NCBI GenBank assembly: GCA_028712565.1
Contig: JAQTPW010000002.1
Coordinates: forward strand, 35,601 to 99,600
Origin: Minisyncoccota bacterium
GTDB taxonomy: Bacteria > Patescibacteriota > Minisyncoccia > Minisyncoccales > JAQTPW01
Length of the DNA: 64,000 nt
Direction of reading: 5' to 3'
A program made the translations under genes and the position numbers. The notes beneath the pieces are model-generated. The model searched no databases. It saw only the letters and a list, made by a program, of their open reading frames with translations, and had not been told where the DNA came from. Below are positions 9,692-17,927 of the stretch, piece by piece. Within the stretch, counting starts at the first letter, position 1. Each line of letters begins with the position of its first letter.

Positions 9692-10771
9692 GTGCATTTT
9701 ATGCGATTTTTTAATGAATTTTTAATAAATCCGCTTAAAAAACATAAGGGTTTCTCAAAAGACCCCTTTTTCTATTTAGCAATATCTGCCTTTGTTTTGC
9801 TGGTTTTTGTCTCTTTTTGCCCTAGATTTAGGGATAGAAACGCCATTCCTCTTAGCTCGGGCTCAAGCCGAGTTGCGGGAAGTTCTTCAGATTCCAGCAG
9901 TTTATTTTTAGGGCAGGCAAGTTCCCAGACAGAATCTCCGGATTTTTATTTAGTTCAAAAAAATAGTTTAATGGGGATTGCTCCGCCAGTTATGGTTACT
10001 CCCCAGGTTCTGGGAGCTATTTTGGGAGAAAATGATTTAAACGTTAGAAAAGAGGTAACAGAATATGAAGTGAAAGAAGGAGATACTTTGTCAACTATTG
10101 CTGAAAATTTCGGGATTTCATTAAAAACTCTGCTTTGGGCAAACAATTTGAGCTCTACTTCGAAAATTAAAGCTGGCCAGACGCTGGTTATCTTGCCGGT
10201 TTCAGGAGTAATCCATCATGTAATTTCTGGAGATACGGTATCGGCAATTGCTTTAAAATATAAAGCCAAAGCTTCTGATATAGTCAGCTTTAACGAATTG
10301 GCTTCAGAAGACGATATTTTTATTGGAGATATTTTGATTATTCCCGATGGAGTTATGCCGGTTGTAAAATCCAGCTATATTGCCCAAATCCCAATCGCAT
10401 CCAGCTATTTTATCTGTCCTATCGCCTCCCCCTGCCGGATTACCCAAAAACTGCATTGGTATAACGGAGTGGACTTTAGCCACAGCAAATGCGGGGATTC
10501 AATTTATGCGGCTGCCGGCGGAACGGTCCAGAAAGTAAAATTTGGCTGGAATGGCGGCGGAGGAAATACTATTACGATTTTGCATCCAAACGGAGTCATA
10601 ACAAGCTATGGCCATATTCAGACAGCTTTGGTAAAGGCAGGAGATCAGGTTTATCAAGGCCAAATTATTGCTTTGATGGGAGGCCTTCCCGGAACTTCAG
10701 GGGCTGGAATATCAACTGGCTGCCATTTGCATTTTGCTGTTATCGGCGGCAGAAACCCGTTTGGGTACTAG
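9692..10771 (+). CDS. LysM-domain M23 family peptidoglycan endopeptidase
   Basis: Two LysM repeats (YEVKEGDTLSTIAENFG.., HHVISGDTVSAIALKY..). M23 motifs HNGVDF and CHLHFAV. The ATG at 9701 is an alternative start. Confidence 0.85.
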   Translation: MHFMRFFNEFLINPLKKHKGFSKDPFFYLAISAFVLLVFVSFCPRFRDRNAIPLSSGSSRVAGSSSDSSSLFLGQASSQTESPDFYLVQKNSLMGIAPPVMVTPQVLGAILGENDLNVRKEVTEYEVKEGDTLSTIAENFGISLKTLLWANNLSSTSKIKAGQTLVILPVSGVIHHVISGDTVSAIALKYKAKASDIVSFNELASEDDIFIGDILIIPDGVMPVVKSSYIAQIPIASSYFICPIASPCRITQKLHWYNGVDFSHSKCGDSIYAAAGGTVQKVKFGWNGGGGNTITILHPNGVITSYGHIQTALVKAGDQVYQGQIIALMGGLPGTSGAGISTGCHLHFAVIGGRNPFGY

Positions 10772-10808
10772 AAAATAGATTTAAGATTAAAGATTTAAGA
10801 TTTAAGAA

Positions 10809-10830
10809 AAAACAGAGATTACTCTGTTTT
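10809..10830. terminator. bidirectional hairpin between convergent genes
   Basis: aaaacagag-atta-ctctgtttt, with A/T runs on both sides. Confidence 0.5.
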
Positions 10831-12352
10831 AATTTTCTTTGACTCTGTACATTAAAGCTTCGGCTAAGTGGTCAAAAGAAATATTTTCACAAGACGATAA
10901 ATCAGCTATAGTTCTGGCTACTTTTAAAACTCTATGATATCCTCTGGCTGAAATTTTCCCAGAATCAACGTATTTTCTCATTAAGTCTTCAGATTTTAAA
11001 TCAATTTTGCAGTATTTTTTAATTTGGGGAATTCCCATTTCAGAATTTGTCAAAATTTTTTCATTTTTAAATCTTTCCATTTGAGCCCTTCTTGCCGATT
11101 CTACTCTTTCTTTTATTTTCTGGCTGGAATTTTCTTCGTCGGGAGAAGTTAACTTTTCGTATTTTAAGGGAGGCACATCGATAAATAAATCCATTCTGTC
11201 CATTAAGGGCCCGGAAAGCTTTCTTCTATACATATATATTTGAGAAGGCGTGCAAGTGCATCTTTTTACCGGGTCGTTTAAATACCCGCAAGGGCAGGGA
11301 TTGGTGGCGGCAATTAACATAAAACGGGCAGGTAAGGTCAAAGAAGTTTTGGCTCTTAAGACCGTAACTTCTCCATCTTCCAAAGGCTGTCTTAAGGATT
11401 CTAAGGCATCTCTATGGAATTCCGGAAATTCGTCCAAAAATAAAACTCCTCTGTGCGCCAAAGTAATTTCTCCGGGCCTTGGCGGATTTCCTCCGCCGAT
11501 TAAAGCAACTTCAGAAGAGGTATGATGGGGCGAGCGGAATGGCCGCAAATTAATCAAGGGCTTGCCTTTTGGCAAGAATCCGGAAACGCTATAAATTTTT
11601 GTAACCTCCAAAGATTCTTCAAAGGACAAAGATGGCAAAATAGAAATTGCAGATTTTGCCAAAAGGGATTTGCCTGTGCCCGGAGGCCCGGTAAATAATA
11701 AATTATGCGAGCCGGCCGCTGAAACTTCCAAAGCCCTTTTTGCATATTCCTGGCCTTTTACATAACTCAAATCAATTTGGTATTCGGGTTTTTCCAAAAA
11801 ATCTTCAGTTTTTGTTTCAAAAGGCGCAATATTTAATTTTCCCTCCAAATAAAAAACAGTTTCTTTTAAATTTCCAACAGGAATTACTTTTATTCCTTTA
11901 ATTAAAGCGGCTTCTGGGGCATTTTCTTTTGGCAAAATAATTTCTTCAAAATTTTTTTCTTTGGCGGACAAAGCAAAAGAGAGCGCGCCTTTTACGGGCC
12001 TCAAGTTTCCGTCCAAGGCAAGTTCTCCCAGAAACATTCTTTTTTCAAAGCCAAATTTTGTCTGTTTTGAAGCTGCCAAATACGCCAAAGCAATGGGCAA
12101 ATCATATAACGCCCCTTCTTTTTTAAGGTCAGCAGGAGCTAAAGAAACCAAAACTCTGACTGGCGTGCTGTGCGGAGATTTAAATCCAGAGCTTTTAATT
12201 GCAGAACTTACTCTTTCTCTGGCTTCCTGGACAGCTTTGTCCGGGAGGCCGACAATGGCAAAAACCGGCAGGCCGTAAGAAACATCGGTTTCCACTTCAA
12301 TTATTTGAGCGTCAAGGCCGACAACAGCTGCAGAGAAAACTTTTGAAGGCAT
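10829..12352 (-). CDS. comM: YifB/ComM family Mg-chelatase-like ATPase
   Basis: Lon-like N-terminal domain. Walker A GPPGTGKS, then LFLDEFPEF and a C-terminal ChlI-like region. Full-length at 507 aa. Confidence 0.9.
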   Translation of the reverse strand: MPSKVFSAAVVGLDAQIIEVETDVSYGLPVFAIVGLPDKAVQEARERVSSAIKSSGFKSPHSTPVRVLVSLAPADLKKEGALYDLPIALAYLAASKQTKFGFEKRMFLGELALDGNLRPVKGALSFALSAKEKNFEEIILPKENAPEAALIKGIKVIPVGNLKETVFYLEGKLNIAPFETKTEDFLEKPEYQIDLSYVKGQEYAKRALEVSAAGSHNLLFTGPPGTGKSLLAKSAISILPSLSFEESLEVTKIYSVSGFLPKGKPLINLRPFRSPHHTSSEVALIGGGNPPRPGEITLAHRGVLFLDEFPEFHRDALESLRQPLEDGEVTVLRAKTSLTLPARFMLIAATNPCPCGYLNDPVKRCTCTPSQIYMYRRKLSGPLMDRMDLFIDVPPLKYEKLTSPDEENSSQKIKERVESARRAQMERFKNEKILTNSEMGIPQIKKYCKIDLKSEDLMRKYVDSGKISARGYHRVLKVARTIADLSSCENISFDHLAEALMYRVKEN

Positions 12353-12388
12353 TCTTTAATTTTACCAAATTAAAGAGTGATTTCAAAC

Positions 12389-12426
12389 AAAATCCCGTCC
12401 TTCGACAAAGCTCAGGACGGGATTTT
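12389..12426 (-). terminator. hairpin terminator with conserved loop ttcgacaaagctca
   Basis: 12-bp stem aaaatcccgtcc / ggacgggatttt with A and T runs flanking. It lies between the stop at 12447 and the start at 12352 on the minus strand. Confidence 0.6.
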
Positions 12427-12446
12427 GTTTAGAGATAAAAGCAGTT

Positions 12447-12818
12447 TTATTTGCCGCATTTTATGCAAAAGCGGGATTCAGGAGAAACTTTCAAACGGTC
12501 TGAAGGAATTTCCTTTTTGCATTTTTCGCAAATTCCGTAATTTCCTTTTTTGATTTTTTCCAAAGCCAAATTTACATTTTTTAACCTGATTTCCAAACTG
12601 TGTTCTACCGGCAAAAGCGAGCCGTATTGCTCGACTTCGTCAGCGGCAATCTCCAAACTTCCGCTTCCTGATTCGTTTCCGTCCAGCCGCGGATATTTTG
12701 TGTCCCAGTCGCCGGACAATTTTTCATCTTTTGTGGCGAATTTTTTCAGTTGCTCTTCCAAGCCGGCTTTTTCTTTTTCTAATTTTTTCTGCAAATCCAA
12801 TACGATTTTTTTGTCCAT
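12447..12818 (-). CDS. DksA/TraR-family C4 zinc-finger protein
   Basis: Coiled-coil N-terminus and the C-terminal motif CEKCKKEI...RFCIKC. Confidence 0.75.
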   Translation of the reverse strand: MDKKIVLDLQKKLEKEKAGLEEQLKKFATKDEKLSGDWDTKYPRLDGNESGSGSLEIAADEVEQYGSLLPVEHSLEIRLKNVNLALEKIKKGNYGICEKCKKEIPSDRLKVSPESRFCIKCGK

Positions 12819-12832
12819 TTTTTTAATTTAAT

Positions 12833-13165
12833 TTACTTAATAAAAAGAAATCTAATATAGCCGAATAAAACGCTAAAAATTATCAAAGATATCAAAAAGA
12901 TTATAATTAAAGTGAAAAAACGGGCGACAATTTTTCCAGCCAGAGTTTGCTTTCTGCCGCGGGGTTTTATGATTTCGGCGGGCTTTTCGAGCGGCTTTTG
13001 GGGCGGAAGTTTTTCCCTTTCTTCTTTTGCCCAGATTCTTTCCAGGAATTTTTTCCGGCTCAGCTCTTCGGATTCCTGCGTCTTTTCCAGCTCGTTTTTT
13101 ATTTTTTCTGCCCGGTTTTCTTTTTGTTCCGCATTTTCAGTTTTTATTTCTTTTAAATTCGCCAT
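12833..13165 (-). CDS. hypothetical tail-anchored charged protein
   Basis: E/K-rich N-terminus and a single C-terminal TM helix. Confidence 0.4.
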   Translation of the reverse strand: MANLKEIKTENAEQKENRAEKIKNELEKTQESEELSRKKFLERIWAKEEREKLPPQKPLEKPAEIIKPRGRKQTLAGKIVARFFTLIIIFLISLIIFSVLFGYIRFLFIK

Positions 13166-13167
13166 TT

Positions 13168-14535
13168 TTAAGCTATATTTTTTAAATTTTCTTCAGTTTC
13201 TTTTATTTTCGCCAGCGTTTCCTGAAAAGCCGCATCCAGTTTTTTTAATTGGAAGTTCAAATTATTTTTTTCTGTTTCTTTTTGCCATCTTTGCCGCTCT
13301 AATTCCCGCCTTTGCTTTTCTATTTCCCATCTTTCTTTTTCAATTTCCCTTTTTTCTTTCGGCAAAGCGGATTCTTTTTCTCTTTCCTCAATTTTAATTA
13401 TTTTTTCTTCAATCACTTTTTCCCTTTCGGAAATATCCTGCAGGTCGTATATTGCCCGGTCTTTTTTAGCTAAAATCTTTTCTCTTTCCAGTTCCGAATA
13501 CTTTTTTTGGCTGTTTAAATCCAAAAGGGCTTCTTTCAATTTGGCCTCCTTTTCTATTTTTAAAGCATTCTCTTTTTTAGCCAAAAAAACTTTTTCCTGC
13601 TCGGAAATCTTTTTATATTCGGGCTCTATTCTCCCCAGCTCTTTTCCGATTTTTTCAATCCGGTCTTCTGCCTGCCATCTTTCTTTTTCAATTTTTTCCC
13701 TTTCTTTTTCGGTTTTCTCCCTTTCTTTTTCAATTTTTCTTCTGGCGCGGGTTAAAACAGTTTTTCTTTCCATTTCGTCAATTTCTTTTTTCTTTATTTC
13801 CGCTCCCTCCTCTTTTTTCAAAATTTCTGCGAGAGCGACCTTCAGCTGTTCCAATTCTTTATTGAGATTGCCAATTTTTTCCTGCAGGGGAGATTTTTTT
13901 GTTATTATTTCTGCCAATTTCCTTTCAATTCTTTCGCTTTCCGGCAAATTCTTTTCTTCTTCAGCCAATCTTGCCTCTTCTTCTTTTTTCATTTCTGCAA
14001 TTCGCTTTGCCTCTTCCTTTTCTTTATTTTTCTTAATCTCTTCATCTTGCTTGATCTCTCCGCTTTTCTTAATTTCCGTAATTTCCTTAGTTTCCGCAAC
14101 TTCCTCGGTTTCTTTAATTTCCGGGTTTTTCTTAATCTCTTCCAAGCGTTTTGCTTCCTCAATTTTTTTTGCCTCTTCAATGCGCATTACTTCTTCTTTT
14201 CTTCTTTCCTGCCTTCTTCTTTCAATTTCTTCAGCAATTCTTTCGTCCTCCTGCTTGTCTCTTACTCTTTTTAACGCGTCATCTATTTTTTCCTGCCCTG
14301 AAGTTTTAATTGTTTCCTCGATTGTCGGAGCGCCTGATGTTTTTTCTTGAGATATTTTTTTTGGAACATTTTCTTTCGGCGCTTCGGGCGGTTTTGCGGC
14401 CACTGTTTTTTTCTTTTGCTCTCCTTTCAGTTTTGAAATTTCTTTTTGCATAGTTTTTATTTCTTCTCTACGCAAAAAGCCATTTCCAGATGTTATTGGT
14501 TTTTGAGGAGATGTATTTGGTTCTTTTTCGGGCAT
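13168..14535 (-). CDS. E/K-rich coiled-coil protein, unknown function
   Basis: 455 aa dominated by E, K and R heptad-like runs (EKEREKIEKERW...). The long antisense ORFs are mirror artefacts. Confidence 0.5.
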   Translation of the reverse strand: MPEKEPNTSPQKPITSGNGFLRREEIKTMQKEISKLKGEQKKKTVAAKPPEAPKENVPKKISQEKTSGAPTIEETIKTSGQEKIDDALKRVRDKQEDERIAEEIERRRQERRKEEVMRIEEAKKIEEAKRLEEIKKNPEIKETEEVAETKEITEIKKSGEIKQDEEIKKNKEKEEAKRIAEMKKEEEARLAEEEKNLPESERIERKLAEIITKKSPLQEKIGNLNKELEQLKVALAEILKKEEGAEIKKKEIDEMERKTVLTRARRKIEKEREKTEKEREKIEKERWQAEDRIEKIGKELGRIEPEYKKISEQEKVFLAKKENALKIEKEAKLKEALLDLNSQKKYSELEREKILAKKDRAIYDLQDISEREKVIEEKIIKIEEREKESALPKEKREIEKERWEIEKQRRELERQRWQKETEKNNLNFQLKKLDAAFQETLAKIKETEENLKNIA

Positions 14536-14539
14536 ATTT

Positions 14540-16651
14540 TTAAGATTTTTTGTTATCTTGTGATAGTGCCTCTTTCAAAGAAAGATTTATTCTGCCCTGT
14601 TCGTCAATTGAAATAACTTTTACGGGAATTATCTGGCCTATTTTTACAATATCTTCAACTTTGTTTACCCGGTAATCGGCTAATTGGGAAATATGGACCA
14701 ATCCTTCTTGGCCGGGCAAAATTTCAACAAAAGCTCCAAAAGCCAAAATTCTTTTTACTTTTCCCTGAAAGGTTTCTCCAACCTTCACTTCTCTGGTAAT
14801 ATTTTCTATCCAAGACAGGGCTTTTTTTGTCGCGTCTTCGCTTTCTCCGGTGATGAAAATTTTTCCCGAATCTTCAATGTCAATCGCCACTCCGCACTCG
14901 TCAATAATTTCATTGATGACTTTTCCGCCGGGGCCTATCACTTCTCTTATTTTATCAGGATTTATCTGAATTGTTATAATTCTCGGCGCATATTGGGAAA
15001 GATTTTCTCTGGGTTTTAAAATCACCTTTTCCATTTTATCCAAAATTTCAAGACGGGCTTTCTTTCCCCGTTCCAATGTTTCTTTTATAATTTTTTCATC
15101 AATGCCTTTTATTTTTACGTCCATTTGTATTGCAGTAATCCCTTCTTTGGTTCCGGCTATTTTAAAATCCATGCCGCCGTGATGGTCTTCCGGGCCTTGG
15201 ATGTCAGTTAAAATTTTGTAATTTCCTTTTTCGTCAGTTACTATTCCCATTGCAATTCCAGCCGCAGGTCTTTTTATCGGGACTCCGGCATCCATTAAAG
15301 CCAAAGACGAAGCGGAAATTGAAGCCATAGAAGTTGACCCATTTGAAGAAAGAATTTCTGTGACTACTCTTATGGTATAAGGAAAATCTTCCACGGAAGG
15401 TATCTGGGGCAATAGCGCTTTTTCAGCCAGCATGCCATGGCCAATTTCTCTTCTTCCGGGGCCTCTCATTGGTTTTATTTCTCCTGCAGAGTAGGGCGGA
15501 AAATTATAATGGTGCATAAATCTTTTTTTGCCGACAATTTCCATCCCTTCTAAAATCTGCTGGTCTCCGGGAGCTCCCAAGGTCAAAATTGAAAGGGCTT
15601 TTGTCTGGCCTCGGCAAAACAAGCCCGAGCCGTGAGTTCTAGGCAATAACCCAACTTCGCAGGAAATTTCTCTTATCTCGTCAATTTTTCTGTCATCCGG
15701 GCGCCTCTCATTTTTTAAAATATTTTCCTGAAGCAGTTTTTCAATGGATTTTTCAAAAAACTTTTGCGCGTATTTTACTTTTTCCGGATATTTTTCGCTG
15801 ACAAAAAGAATAAGGTCTTTTTCCAATAAATCAGTAGATTTTTGCCTTTTTGATTTATCTGCCTGAAAAAAAGCAGCTTCTAGCTTTTCCCCCAAAAATT
15901 CTGACATTTCTTTTTCCAATTCCAAATCTTTCTGCGCGGTTATTTTTATTTTTTCCTTGCCGGCCTCTTTTATTATCTGCTTTTGGAAATCCAAAATATT
16001 TTTTAAATCTCCCTTTGCAAATTCTATGCCTTCCAAAATTGATTTTTCATCCGCTTCTTCAAAACCGCCTTCCATCATATTGATTAATATTTTCTCGCCT
16101 TCTGAAACTGCGGAAATAATAAAATCAACAGGAGAATTTCCCCGTTCTTCATAAGAAGGGTTTAAAATAAATTTATTTTCTGCCTTTCCGATTCTGGCCG
16201 CAGCCAGAGGCCCCTGCCAAGGGATGTCAGAAAGCGAGAGCGCCAAAGATGCAGAAATTAATCCCACCAAATCCGGATCGTTTTGCGCATCCCAGGAAAG
16301 AACAGTGATGATTAACTGGACTTCCCGCGGCAAATCTTGGGGAAACAAGGGCCTTATTGCCCGGTCAATCAACCTGGCATTTAAAATCGCCTCATCTGAT
16401 GGGCGAGATTCTCTTTTTATGTATTTTGGCCCCCTAATTTTTCCTGCGGCATAATATCTTTCTTCGTAATCTACGGTTAAAGGGAAAAAATCTCCAAGGC
16501 CCCGGTCTTCTTTTGACATAACGCAGGTTGCCAAAACCTCAGTGTCGCCATAGCTGACCAAAACATCGGCATTCGCCTGTTCAGCCAAATGCCGGATTTG
16601 CACTTCTAAATTTTTTCCGCCGATTTCTAAATTATATTTTTTGCTTTCCAT
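14540..16651 (-). CDS. pnp: polyribonucleotide nucleotidyltransferase (PNPase)
   Basis: Two RNase PH domains plus KH and S1 (GQEGLVHISQL). 703 aa. Confidence 0.95.
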   Translation of the reverse strand: MESKKYNLEIGGKNLEVQIRHLAEQANADVLVSYGDTEVLATCVMSKEDRGLGDFFPLTVDYEERYYAAGKIRGPKYIKRESRPSDEAILNARLIDRAIRPLFPQDLPREVQLIITVLSWDAQNDPDLVGLISASLALSLSDIPWQGPLAAARIGKAENKFILNPSYEERGNSPVDFIISAVSEGEKILINMMEGGFEEADEKSILEGIEFAKGDLKNILDFQKQIIKEAGKEKIKITAQKDLELEKEMSEFLGEKLEAAFFQADKSKRQKSTDLLEKDLILFVSEKYPEKVKYAQKFFEKSIEKLLQENILKNERRPDDRKIDEIREISCEVGLLPRTHGSGLFCRGQTKALSILTLGAPGDQQILEGMEIVGKKRFMHHYNFPPYSAGEIKPMRGPGRREIGHGMLAEKALLPQIPSVEDFPYTIRVVTEILSSNGSTSMASISASSLALMDAGVPIKRPAAGIAMGIVTDEKGNYKILTDIQGPEDHHGGMDFKIAGTKEGITAIQMDVKIKGIDEKIIKETLERGKKARLEILDKMEKVILKPRENLSQYAPRIITIQINPDKIREVIGPGGKVINEIIDECGVAIDIEDSGKIFITGESEDATKKALSWIENITREVKVGETFQGKVKRILAFGAFVEILPGQEGLVHISQLADYRVNKVEDIVKIGQIIPVKVISIDEQGRINLSLKEALSQDNKKS

Positions 16652-16657
16652 TTATTT

Positions 16658-17164
16658 TTATTTTTTTAATAAGAATTTTTCCGGGGATTCTTCAAGGTCA
16701 ATGAATTCATCGGCCACCTCCCTTAACTTTGAAGACGCGGATCTTCCAAAAGCCATAACCTCTACTCTTTTACCCTGGTTTTTCAAATAATCTATTAACT
16801 GAATAAAATCTCCGTCTCCCGAAACAAGGACAATGGTGTCAACGCTGGGATTGATTCTGACAGCGTCAATTGAAAGGCCGACGTCCCAGTCAGCTTTTTT
16901 CAGGCCGCCGTAATATTCCTGCAAATCTCTGACTCTGGTTTCAAATCCTAATTTTGTCAGCGCCTCAAAAAACGGCTTTTCTTCGCCGGTTTTTGTCCTG
17001 ACGACATAGGCAAAAGCGCGGATTAATTTTCTTCCCGAAACCGCGTCTTTTAGGATTTCAGAAAAATTAACCCTTGCCTGATAGAGGTTTTTTGCCGAAT
17101 GGTACATATTCTGGACATCAATCAGGACGGCCAATCTTTGTTCTTTGTGTTTAGGGAGTGGCAT
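16658..17164 (-). CDS. NYN/LabA-like domain protein
   Basis: LAVLIDVQNMYH ... LVSGDGDF pattern typical of NYN (DUF88). Confidence 0.8.
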   Translation of the reverse strand: MPLPKHKEQRLAVLIDVQNMYHSAKNLYQARVNFSEILKDAVSGRKLIRAFAYVVRTKTGEEKPFFEALTKLGFETRVRDLQEYYGGLKKADWDVGLSIDAVRINPSVDTIVLVSGDGDFIQLIDYLKNQGKRVEVMAFGRSASSKLREVADEFIDLEESPEKFLLKK

Positions 17165-17430
17165 TATTTCTTTAGTCCTATTTTTTTGACAATAGAATTA
17201 TATTTTCTGACGCTGTCTGTTTTCAAAGCCGCCAAAAACTTTCTTCTTTTTGCAACCATTTTCAACAGCCCCTTTTTTGAGCTGAAGTCCTTCGGATGGG
17301 TTTTTAAGTGCGAAATTAACTTTTTAATTTCTTCGGTTAATAAAGCAATCTGAACCTCAACAGAGCCCGTGTCAGTATCGTGCTCTTTAAACTCTTTTAT
17401 AATTTTTTCTTTCTCTTTGGTTTTTAACAT
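17164..17430 (-). CDS. rpsO: 30S ribosomal protein S15
   Basis: 88 aa. DTGSVEVQIALLTEEI..L..HL..H.KD..S..GLLKMV..R motif. Lies upstream of pnp as in the classical rpsO-pnp arrangement, here with the NYN gene between them. Confidence 0.95.
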   Translation of the reverse strand: MLKTKEKEKIIKEFKEHDTDTGSVEVQIALLTEEIKKLISHLKTHPKDFSSKKGLLKMVAKRRKFLAALKTDSVRKYNSIVKKIGLKK

Positions 17431-17580
17431 ATATTTATAAAGAAAAAGTTACAGGGACCCGCGCAGACGGGAAATATAATTTTTTCTTTCTCTTTGGTTT
17501 TTAACATATATTTATAAAGAAAAAGTTACAGGGACCCGCGCAGACGGGAAATATAATTTTTTCTTTCTCTTTGGTTTTAA
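17401..17580. repeat. 77/76-bp tandem direct repeat (about 2.4 copies) covering the rpsO start codon and 5' leader
   Basis: Unit aattttttctttctctttggtttttaacatatatttataaagaaaaagttacagggacccgcgcagacgggaaatat starts at 17401. A second copy starts at 17478 (one A shorter). A partial, degenerate third copy starts at 17554. Confidence 0.9.
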
Positions 17581-17843
17581 TTATGTATTAATATAAGGTT
17601 AAAATAAAATTACCTCTAGGGGGAAAATTCTTAATTAATCATATCTAAAAAAAACAAAAAAGGCAAGATGCCCTAAGGTAAAAATCCCAATTATCAATTA
17701 CCAATTACCAAATCGAATGTAATTTGTACGAGTAATTTGTAATTGGGGAGCAAATTTTTATTCACATTTCGCAGTCGTACCGCCCTAATTACTAAATACT
17801 AACTACTAACTACTGCAATATTTTGCAATGGCAAAATTTGCTG

Positions 17844-17916
17844 TGCCCCGCGCAGGGCTCGGACCTGCAACCTTGTCCTTAAGAGGGACCTGCTCTACCA
17901 ATTGAGCTAGCAGGGC
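17844..17916 (-). tRNA. tRNA-Lys(CTT)
   Basis: Hand fold: acceptor GCCCTGC/GCGGGGC, anticodon loop CT-CTT-AA, T arm GCAGG-TCCGAGC-CCTGC. CCA is not encoded. Confidence 0.8.
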
Positions 17917-17927
17917 ATAGTATACAA

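Noticed and set aside
12912-14350. Long plus-strand ORFs (161 aa and 269 aa) opposite the E/K-rich genes.
   Set aside because: They are antisense artefacts of low-complexity GAA/AAA-rich coding sequence (F/S/L-rich translations).
17401-17580. Considered as a possible CRISPR array or minisatellite.
   Set aside because: There are only about 2.4 contiguous copies with no spacers, and the unit contains the rpsO start. It is a tandem duplication, not a CRISPR array.
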